Shown: positions 8,422 to 14,581, numbered from the stretch's first letter. The stretch is DNA of 24,000 nt from Candidatus Moraniibacteriota bacterium (GCA_043743535.1 JAYTWI010000021.1:1-24000); one strand, 5' to 3'. Notes: generated by a model not told the origin, from the letters alone. Made by a program: numbers and translations.

Positions 8422-8823
8422 TGGTGGAGTTGATGGGAATTGCACCCATGTCCAGAGCAGTTTTTTCAAAATATTCTACAAGCGTAGTCAGCTTTGGGTA
8501 AATGCATGAGGTAGAAAGCAGACAAAATCCGCATACATTCTTTTCTTTGGCAATACGATCACAGAGGGTAAAGAAAAAGAAATACTCTGGTCACGTCTCG
8601 ATAATATGACACCGGAGATTCTTTATCGAGAATCAAGAGTCCGATGGCGACTCACAATTAAGCGAGTGCGAGAGCGAAAGAAGGAGCAAACGCTTGCGCG
8701 AATGCATTCTTTGCCTTGGTGATGAAGTTTGCATTTATCATCGTGAGAAGGATATTTACGACCATCTCCTCAAGGTCGGCTTGCCTATTTTGAAAGTACA
8801 GCCTGTCGAGTCTAAGCAACCCC
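8422..8823 (-). ncRNA. ssrA: tmRNA (transfer-messenger RNA)
   Basis: The minus strand starts GGGGUUGCUUAGACUCGACAGG (compare the conserved GGGGnUGAuUcuGGAUUCGACGGG). It ends GGACAUGGGUGCAAUUCCCAUCAACUCCACCA, which is a T-arm, then an acceptor 3' strand complementary to the 5' GGGGUUG with a G3-U70 pair, then an encoded CCA. It contains an internal tag frame and sits directly downstream of smpB. Length is 402 nt. Confidence 0.9.
8658..8732 (-). other. tmRNA tag-peptide reading frame (ANFITKAKNAFAQAFAPSFALALA, then stop)
   Basis: After ...GAUGAUAAAU the frame reads GCA AAC UUC AUC ACC AAG GCA AAG AAU GCA UUC GCG CAA GCG UUU GCU CCU UCU UUC GCU CUC GCA CUC GCU UAA. GCA AAC is also the E. coli resume sequence. 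The exact resume codon could be a later in-frame GCA. Confidence 0.6.
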
Positions 8824-8834
8824 ATTTTGGAAAA

Positions 8835-8862
8835 TTTTTCATTTCCAATTTTTCATTTCCAA
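8835..8862. repeat. perfect 14-bp tandem duplication (tttttcatttccaa x2)
   Basis: Units are 8835-8848 and 8849-8862, in the 72-bp spacer between the smpB stop and the ssrA 5' end. On the minus strand each unit carries TTGGAA, a possible -35 for ssrA. Confidence 0.85.
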
Positions 8863-8895
8863 TGTATTTGAAAAGGAAAAATTGTGAATGGAATA

Positions 8896-9339
8896 TTATC
8901 CTCGCATAGCACGCTCTATCCGACGCTTGGCTTCACGCTTGCCTATATCAGCCCGACGGTCATATTCTTTCTTGCCACGGCCTATCGCAAACTCTAGTTT
9001 GACAAGTTGCTTCTTAGTATACAACCGAATAGGGACGAGTGTCAAGCCTTCTGTGCGGTATTTTCCGATGAGAGAGCCGATTTCCCGTTTGCGTAACAGG
9101 AGCTTTCGTGGCCTACTATCTTCGTGCTTGGTGTCACGGTGGGCCTGGGCATAGCGAGGGATCAGAGCATTGGTCAAGTAGAGCTCACTTCCTTTGACCG
9201 TGACAAAGGCGCCTTTCAGGCTGGCATGGCCTGTTTTGACGCTTTTTACTTCAGCACCAGTCAATACCAAACCAGCCTCGAAGTGTCCTTCCAGAGCGTA
9301 ATCAAAAGTGGCTCGTTTGTTCCTGGCGATGGTTTTCAT
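8896..9339 (-). CDS. smpB: SsrA-binding protein SmpB
   Basis: MKTIARNKRATFDYALEGHFEAGLVLTGAEVKSVK...LLLRKREI...GRGKKEYDRR is canonical SmpB. Start moved from track 9408 to ATG 9339, the usual M..IA.NK.A..DY N-terminus. Confidence 0.93.
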   Translation of the reverse strand: MKTIARNKRATFDYALEGHFEAGLVLTGAEVKSVKTGHASLKGAFVTVKGSELYLTNALIPRYAQAHRDTKHEDSRPRKLLLRKREIGSLIGKYRTEGLTLVPIRLYTKKQLVKLEFAIGRGKKEYDRRADIGKREAKRRIERAMRG

Positions 9340-9401
9340 AGGCTTGTAGCACCCGTACTTTCCCACATTTGGCTCAAATAAGCAAGCAATTGCGAAAAGT
9401 A

Positions 9402-9430
9402 TTGACATAACAGGTTAGATATGCTATAAT
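9402..9430 (+). promoter_or_regulatory. consensus sigma70 promoter facing the GC-rich island
   Basis: TTGACA (9402-9407), a 17-nt spacer, then TATAAT (9425-9430), with a TGn extended -10 at 9422-9424. Both hexamers match the consensus exactly. The predicted transcription start is near 9437, about 225 nt upstream of ORF A. Confidence 0.6.
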
Positions 9431-9520
9431 TAAAAAATAATTTGAGGTGGTGAAATATCCCTTAAATTATGGAAATTGTTCTTTGATAAACGAGATTTAG
9501 CGAAAAAAATTCTCTTGTTC

Positions 9521-9627
9521 TCCTCTCTTCGTGAGTAGCACAGTGGATGTCTAAAAAGATTTCTAGTATGCTACTCATGTCGAGGAGCCCTTAATGCGGG
9601 GATCGCATTATTTCACGCTCACGGCCA
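9521..9627 (+). repeat. structured leader module, copy 1 (upstream of ORF A)
   Basis: About 92% identical to 10828-10934 (8 mismatches and 1 indel by hand), with 61 nt identical (9529-9589). P1 is CTCTTCG/CGAGGAG (9525-9531 / 9581-9587). P2 is TGAGTAGCA/TGCTACTCA (9532-9540 / 9569-9577), with a 28-nt loop and a TGT bulge. A second hairpin is AATGCG-GGGAT-CGCATT (9593-9609). Confidence 0.85.
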
Positions 9628-9661
9628 CAGGCCACGAGCAAGAAAAAACAGGAGAAAGAAA

Positions 9662-10660
9662 ATGGAAAGTCTTCAATATTCAGACGGAATCGGTTCCCGT
9701 GGACGGAACCCGTTTCTTCTCTTAGTGAAAGGAGATGAAGTTATCGTCTTCCGCGGACAGAGCATTCCCGGTGTGGTAGTGGTGCGAGGCACCGACTACA
9801 CCAAGAATGGTAAGTGGTCGCACACCACTTACCGGCTCCAGTTGGCGGACGGAATCCGCCACATCGTGGGACGGAATGGCTGGGAAACTAGTCGCTTCGT
9901 GGAAGGACTCGCTTTAGCGGTTGGTTGTGCTACGCCCGACACGTGGGCGGACACGGCCAAGGCGTTAGGGATTTCGGTTCCGAGCGCGATGGAGTTCTTG
10001 CGGAGCTGGAGGCAGCAGGAGGCCGAGAAGTTGGACGAGATCGAGCAGTCGTTGGCGAAACTCGAGGAAGTTTCCAAAAAGAAAACTGACTCGGTGATCG
10101 TCACGGTAAGCTTCGGCTCGCCGACCAATCACGCCGTGCGAGAAGGCTACTGGGAATCCCCCAAGTCTATCCCCGGCTACAACGCGGAGATTCGTAAGAT
10201 CGACGCGAGCGGAAGCTGGATCGAGGGGAACATCGTGGTTATCGGGATTTCCGGCACCGTTCTCTCTGTCAAGTACTCGTCCGGCATGCACGGCGGATAC
10301 TACGGAGTCTCCGTCGGGGTGATTCCGGGAACGGAAACCGAGATCCCGCCTTTCGAGACCGCCCGTGAAAAGGCGGCGACGGAAAGCGGACTGCCCAAGA
10401 ATCTCTTCCGAGCCTTCAACGGCGACGAGGAGCGAATTCGCGAGTTCATGGCAAAGGTCGCAAGACTGGATGCCGGAAAACTCGACGAGCACGAGTTCTC
10501 GTGCGGTCGGGCACGCAAGAGCGCGGAAGTGATTCGCGTCTCCGGCGACCTGGAATTCTTCCTCGGTGCTGATCCGTTGGAAGTTTGCGGGTATATCGAG
10601 GAGGTTCACTTCCCCTCGAACGCGCCCAAGACTTCCGACCCCCGAGGCCTCGTCGGCTAG
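9662..10660 (+). CDS. hypothetical protein, no recognisable family (ORF A, 332 aa)
   Basis: AGGAG at 9650-9654 lies 7 nt before ATG 9662. It is a long ORF in a GC-rich stretch with no signal peptide. A central coiled-coil-like segment reads WRQQEAEKLDEIEQSLAKLEEVSKKK. Confidence 0.6.
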   Translation: MESLQYSDGIGSRGRNPFLLLVKGDEVIVFRGQSIPGVVVVRGTDYTKNGKWSHTTYRLQLADGIRHIVGRNGWETSRFVEGLALAVGCATPDTWADTAKALGISVPSAMEFLRSWRQQEAEKLDEIEQSLAKLEEVSKKKTDSVIVTVSFGSPTNHAVREGYWESPKSIPGYNAEIRKIDASGSWIEGNIVVIGISGTVLSVKYSSGMHGGYYGVSVGVIPGTETEIPPFETAREKAATESGLPKNLFRAFNGDEERIREFMAKVARLDAGKLDEHEFSCGRARKSAEVIRVSGDLEFFLGADPLEVCGYIEEVHFPSNAPKTSDPRGLVG

Positions 10661-10751
10661 TGGTAACACCATGCTCGGCGACGCACTCCGCAAAGCCGAA
10701 CTCCGCTAGTCTCGTATTTCCAGCTTGAGGGTCTGGATTAACAAAACCCTC

Positions 10752-10802
10752 TCTGTTTCGGAATGTTTATTCCGACTGATGAGCTCAAAAGAGCGAAACA
10801 GA
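10752..10802 (+). ncRNA. type III hammerhead self-cleaving ribozyme motif
   Basis: 5'-UCUGU U^ UCGGAAU-GUUU-AUUCCGA CUGAUGA GCUC-AAAA-GAGC GAA ACAGA-3'. Helix III is 5 bp (10752-10756 / 10798-10802). Helix I is a 7-bp hairpin (10758-10764 / 10769-10775). Helix II is 4 bp (10783-10786 / 10791-10794). The cores CUGAUGA (10776-10782) and GAA (10795-10797), plus A15.1-U16.1 and G10.1-C11.1, are all present. The cleavage triplet is GUU, with the cut predicted after 10757. Confidence 0.8.
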
Positions 10803-10827
10803 TTGCACTTTGTAAAAAATAAGTTTT

Positions 10828-10934
10828 TCCTCTCCTCGTGAGTAGCACAGTGGATGTCTAAAAAGATTTCTAGTATGCTACTCATGTCGAGGAGCCTCGG
10901 TGCGGAGCACGCATAATTTCACGCTCACGGCCAA
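10828..10934 (+). repeat. structured leader module, copy 2 (upstream of ORF B)
   Basis: Same module as 9521-9627. P1 is CTCCTCG/CGAGGAG (10832-10838 / 10888-10894). P2 is 10839-10847 / 10876-10884. The one P1 difference from copy 1 (U to C) turns a G-U pair into G-C. The second hairpin keeps 5 pairs, including a G-U. Confidence 0.85.
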
Positions 10935-11055
10935 CCTACCCGCCACCCTCAAATTGCAGAGTGTTCGGATTCAAATGGGAACTTATGGAACGCTCGACAC
11001 AGTTCTTTCGATTCATCTATCGGCTCAGTTTCGAGCCAACAACTGGAGCAGCTCT

Positions 11056-11604
11056 ATGTCAAAGATTTCCGCTTCCTTTATTGCCGCTGTGGGTTTCTCA
11101 GCTATCTCTCTGGCGGCCTCCTCGGTCTGCGCGGCAAAAACAGAAAGCGCTCCGCTCTCGCCTGTCATCAGGGTGGAAGTCCAGGGGAAAGATATGATGT
11201 TGGCTCAAATGGGCAGGGACGGCGAGCCAATGATTCATGTCTTTGCTCGGTCTCCCAACCAAGCTGACGGCACCGAGCAGCTCTTTCGCAAGATCACTGC
11301 CGTGCTGCTGGGCAGTGGCTATCAGTGGAGGGGCAGCGACCAGTCGCTTGACAAAAACATTTGGTGCAAGGTCGAGACGACTTCCGTCCCGATGAAGGTA
11401 TCTTCGAAGGTATCTTCCCCGGCTGCCCTTGTGGCTGATGTCAGCTGCAACTTGAAAATCAGGGAAGGTAAATCGAACGACAAGACCCGCGTCATAAGGC
11501 TTGTCCAGTTTGGGTCTGGACCCAATCTCGACGACGGGGTGGCTCTGATTCCGGGGCTCATTGCCGAAGCCTACGCCGAAGCGCAACGGCTGACGGCGAA
11601 ATAG
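11056..11604 (+). CDS. hypothetical secreted or membrane-anchored protein (ORF B; alternative GTG start at 10900)
   Basis: GGAG at 11045-11048 lies 7 nt before ATG 11056. The N-terminus MSKISASFIAAVGFSAISLAASSVCA-AKT looks like a signal peptide. The frame is also open upstream to GTG 10900, inside the repeat module. Confidence 0.6.
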   Translation: MSKISASFIAAVGFSAISLAASSVCAAKTESAPLSPVIRVEVQGKDMMLAQMGRDGEPMIHVFARSPNQADGTEQLFRKITAVLLGSGYQWRGSDQSLDKNIWCKVETTSVPMKVSSKVSSPAALVADVSCNLKIREGKSNDKTRVIRLVQFGSGPNLDDGVALIPGLIAEAYAEAQRLTAK

Positions 11605-11636
11605 TAGGCGCAATCGCCAAATCGTCCAGCTAACCG

Positions 11637-11670
11637 CCGGGTACCACATGATGGTGCTCGGCTTTTTTCT
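11637..11670 (+). terminator. rho-independent terminator closing the island
   Basis: CCGGGUACCA (11637-11646), loop CAUGA, UGGUGCUCGG (11652-11661). This gives 10 pairs, including two G-U, followed by CUUUUUUCUUU. Confidence 0.8.
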
Positions 11671-11714
11671 TTGCATTTCTTTTTTTGTGCGCTAGGATTA
11701 GGGAGGATCAACCT

Positions 11715-12752
11715 ATGAGTGAATTAGCACATCAATTACGGAACCATTTGAATAAAGCCGAGGCTCTCGAACGTCTCAAACAAGAGCCTTTCCCACGGAG
11801 GGTTATTTCTTTCTACCGCTACGTCATCCTCGCCAACCCGCAGGCTTTGCGTGACGAGCTCTTTTCCGAGTGGGTGGAACTTGGAGTTTTGGGGCGGGTG
11901 TATCTGGCTACCGAAGGCATCAACGCCCAGATGAGTGTGCCTGAGTCGCAGTTTGAGAAATTTCAGGAACTTTTATATAAACGCAAAGAATGTACTGATG
12001 TGCCGTTTAAAGTCGGGGTGGAACAAAAAAAAGATGCTTTCTGGAAACTGACTATTAAAGTAAAGAAGCAGATTGTGGCTGATGGGCTCTCGCCTACGGA
12101 CTATGATGTCACCAATGTCGGGACACATTTGACCGCTCGACAGTGGAATGAACTGTCGGAGCAGTCAGGAACGGTGGTGGTCGACATGCGCAATAACTAT
12201 GAATCAGTCATCGGTCATTTTGAGGATGCACTCTGTTCCCCTGCCTATACTTTCAAAGAAGAACTGCCCATGGTGAAAGAAGCACTCAGGGGGCAAGAGG
12301 AGAAGAAAGTGCTCCTCTACTGCACTGGTGGCATTCGTTGTGAAAAAGCGAGCGCCTATCTGAAACACCATGGTTTTCAGAACGTCTATCAATTATACGG
12401 CGGTATCATCGACTACAAACACCAGATTGAGGCAGAGGGCTTGGAGTCAAAATTTAAGGGCAAAAATTTCGTCTTCGATGAGCGTCTAGGCGAGAGGATT
12501 ACCGAAGATGTACTGGCAAAATGCTATCAGTGTGACAGTGCTTGCGATGACTATACCAACTGTGCGAACCTTGAGTGTAACTTGCTCTTTATCCAGTGCA
12601 CGGACTGCAAAGAAAAATTTTCCGGATGTTGTAGTGTTAAGTGCCAGGCTGTTATAGTGTTGCCTGAAGCCGAACAGAGTAAGCGTCGGAAAGGGAAAGT
12701 GCTGTCCAAAAACTCCCAAGCTTTCAAGCAAAAAATCGCTGCCGCTCTATAA
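11715..12752 (+). CDS. trhO: rhodanese-domain tRNA uridine(34) hydroxylase TrhO (YceA/UPF0176 family)
   Basis: Colinear with E. coli YceA from memory: ISFYRY, GRVYLATEGINAQMSVP, VVDMRNNYESVIGHFE, LYCTGGIRCEKASAYLK, GKNFVFDERLGERI and the C-terminal Cys cluster. GGGAGG lies 8 nt before ATG 11715, which is preferred over track 11685. Confidence 0.88.
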   Translation: MSELAHQLRNHLNKAEALERLKQEPFPRRVISFYRYVILANPQALRDELFSEWVELGVLGRVYLATEGINAQMSVPESQFEKFQELLYKRKECTDVPFKVGVEQKKDAFWKLTIKVKKQIVADGLSPTDYDVTNVGTHLTARQWNELSEQSGTVVVDMRNNYESVIGHFEDALCSPAYTFKEELPMVKEALRGQEEKKVLLYCTGGIRCEKASAYLKHHGFQNVYQLYGGIIDYKHQIEAEGLESKFKGKNFVFDERLGERITEDVLAKCYQCDSACDDYTNCANLECNLLFIQCTDCKEKFSGCCSVKCQAVIVLPEAEQSKRRKGKVLSKNSQAFKQKIAAAL

Positions 12753-12853
12753 TTTTTCCTGAGCAGAAAACCATCGGTCGTGGTTTTCGCGCTCACTTCC
12801 AAAGGTAACGAGAGACAGAATAAAGAAACTTTCTTTTTTGGCTTAGTTCCGCT

Positions 12854-14581
12854 ATGATGGTCTATATGGATGAAAATATTCACGAAAAATTAGGACGCGA
12901 GATTGAACGAATAGCTAACGAGCTTATTGCTAGCAAAGTTGGCGAACACTATCTTGTTGCTGACTCAGTTGAACTTGTTGCTGACTCAGTTGAACGATCA
13001 TCAAACAAAATTTTTGGTGATTATACCAGTAATGTTGCTTTGCTTATTGCTGGTCGTCTGAGAATGTCTCCGCAAGACGTTGCGGCTCTCATGAGAGAGA
13101 AGTTTTCTCTTCCAGAAATTGAAAAGATCGAAGTGGCTGGTCCGGGCCATCTGAATTTTTTCTTGAGTCAGGAATTTTTTTCACGTACGGTGGAGGATAT
13201 TCTTGAACAGAAAAAACAGTACGGAAGTTCGTCTATAGGTATTGGAGAAAAAGTGAACAATGAATTTATTTCAGCCAATCCAACTGGACCACTTCATCTC
13301 GGGAATGCGCGTGGGGGATTTTATGGCGACGTACTTTCCAATGTCCTGCGTAAGATGGGTTACGAAGTGACGAATGAGTATTATGTGAATGACGCGGGGG
13401 AGCAAATTATAAAGTTAGCCCATAGCGTACTCAAAGACAATGAAGCAGTATACAAAGGTGATTATATTGATCAGATTGCTAATGAGCTTGCGGGAGAGAT
13501 CAAACAACGAATAGAAATTGTGAGGCCCTATAAAGATAGTGATGCTTTAGAGTATGTGATAAATTTTTTGTTTCCCATTGGTAGGGCGGTGACTGATAAG
13601 ATTTTGAGGAACTATATTGAACCGACAGTGAAAGAGAAAATGAGAGTTCATTTTGACAGTTGGGTGCGTGAAAGTTGGTTTTATAATAGTAGTAATCACA
13701 AATATAAAGGTCAGATCAGTAGAGCAATCAAAATCCTAATCGAAAAAGGCCTTACCTATAAAACGGATGACGGTGCTCTCTGGCTTAAAACAACGGACTT
13801 TGGTGATGATAAGGATCGAGTTTTAGTGAAACGCAAAGACCTTTATAAAAATAAGACCTATTTTGCTGCAGACTGTGGCTATCTGCTTTATAAAATTGAA
13901 AACAACTTTGATCTCTTAATAGAAACCTGGGGCGCAGATCATCATGGGTATATTAACCGTTTTAGGGCAGCGGCCGAGATGCTAGGTTTTAATCCAGAGA
14001 AAATTCGTTTCAATATAGTACAGTTGGTTAGACTTGTGAAAGATGGACAGGAGGTCCGGATGTCGAAGCGAGCCGGTAACGTGGTGACGATTGATGAACT
14101 TATCGAAAAAGTTGGGCATGATGTAGCGCGGTTCTTTTTCTTGATGTATGCCCCAGAAACGCATATGAACTTTGACCTCGGGCTGGCCGAAGAGCGTTCG
14201 CAGAAAAACCCGGTTTTCTATGTACAGTATGCTCATGCGCGTTTGTGCAGTATTTTACGCAAAGCAGAAGAAGAAAAAATTTCTTTCACTCAGTCTGATT
14301 TAGCGCTTCTGACGCACGAAAAAGAACGCGAGCTGATGCGGGAGCTATCATTTTTTCCCGAGTTGGTGGCGACTATCGCCTTAGAGTACACCGTGCACAA
14401 ACTGCCCCAGTATGCTATCCGACTTTCCGACAAATTCCATTCATTTTATGCTGCCTGCAAAGTGATCGACGCGGGGAACCCTGCCTTGACGGCAGCGCGG
14501 TTAGAGCTGATTGGGGCGACACGGATTGTTTTGGCAGAGACACTCATGCTTATGGGCATTGCCGCCCCGGAGAAAATGTAA
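12854..14581 (+). CDS. argS: arginine--tRNA ligase
   Basis: Contains SANPTGPLHLGNARGG (HIGH-type motif), GADHHGY, MSKRAGNVVTI (KMSK-type motif) and a C-terminal anticodon-binding domain ending in M. The start could be ATG 12854, 12857 or 12866. Confidence 0.95.
   Translation: MMVYMDENIHEKLGREIERIANELIASKVGEHYLVADSVELVADSVERSSNKIFGDYTSNVALLIAGRLRMSPQDVAALMREKFSLPEIEKIEVAGPGHLNFFLSQEFFSRTVEDILEQKKQYGSSSIGIGEKVNNEFISANPTGPLHLGNARGGFYGDVLSNVLRKMGYEVTNEYYVNDAGEQIIKLAHSVLKDNEAVYKGDYIDQIANELAGEIKQRIEIVRPYKDSDALEYVINFLFPIGRAVTDKILRNYIEPTVKEKMRVHFDSWVRESWFYNSSNHKYKGQISRAIKILIEKGLTYKTDDGALWLKTTDFGDDKDRVLVKRKDLYKNKTYFAADCGYLLYKIENNFDLLIETWGADHHGYINRFRAAAEMLGFNPEKIRFNIVQLVRLVKDGQEVRMSKRAGNVVTIDELIEKVGHDVARFFFLMYAPETHMNFDLGLAEERSQKNPVFYVQYAHARLCSILRKAEEEKISFTQSDLALLTHEKERELMRELSFFPELVATIALEYTVHKLPQYAIRLSDKFHSFYAACKVIDAGNPALTAARLELIGATRIVLAETLMLMGIAAPEKM
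12953..12994 (+). repeat. perfect in-frame 21-bp tandem duplication inside argS (LVADSVE x2)
   Basis: cttgttgctgactcagttgaa occurs at 12953-12973 and again at 12974-12994. Confidence 0.95.

Noticed and set aside
8694-8909. 71-aa plus-strand ORF
   Set aside because: It lies on the opposite strand of the tmRNA gene and runs into the smpB 3' end. The tmRNA fully explains the region.
9469-9486. Five-codon mini-ORF MEIVL in the leader after the consensus promoter, considered as an attenuation leader peptide
   Set aside because: The nearest SD-like GAGGTGG is about 17 nt away, which is too far. No terminator/antiterminator pair is associated with it.
9547-9594. Small ORF inside the hairpin loop (MSKKISSMLLMSRSP in copy 1; MSKKISSMLLMSRSLGAEHA in copy 2), considered as a type I toxin or leader peptide
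   Set aside because: There is no spacing for an RBS, the peptide is not hydrophobic, and the ORF is buried in the P2 and P1 helices. The resemblance of its start (ATGTCTAAAAAGATTTC) to the ORF B start (ATGTCAAAGATTTC) is noted but too short to interpret.
9965-10693. 242-aa minus-strand ORF antisense to ORF A (also 9829..10128 -, 10300..10518 -)
   Set aside because: It has no RBS and an Arg/Pro/Gly-rich translation typical of the antisense of GC-rich coding sequence. The plus frame has the RBS and fits the promoter and terminator orientation.
9521-10934. Integron attC sites, suggested by imperfect inverted repeats with extrahelical bases flanking a cassette-sized ORF
   Set aside because: There are no RYYYAAC/GTTRRRY core sites, no intI gene and only two copies. 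The repeats precede the genes and carry RBS-like sequence, which fits a leader RNA better.
9521-10934. Template and variable repeats (TR/VR) of a diversity-generating retroelement
   Set aside because: The differences between the copies are not adenine-specific, neither repeat lies at the 3' end of a target gene, and there is no reverse transcriptase in the window.
11098-11676. 192-aa minus-strand ORF antisense to ORF B
   Set aside because: The reasoning is the same as for the ORF A antisense frame. It would also read through the plus-strand terminator.
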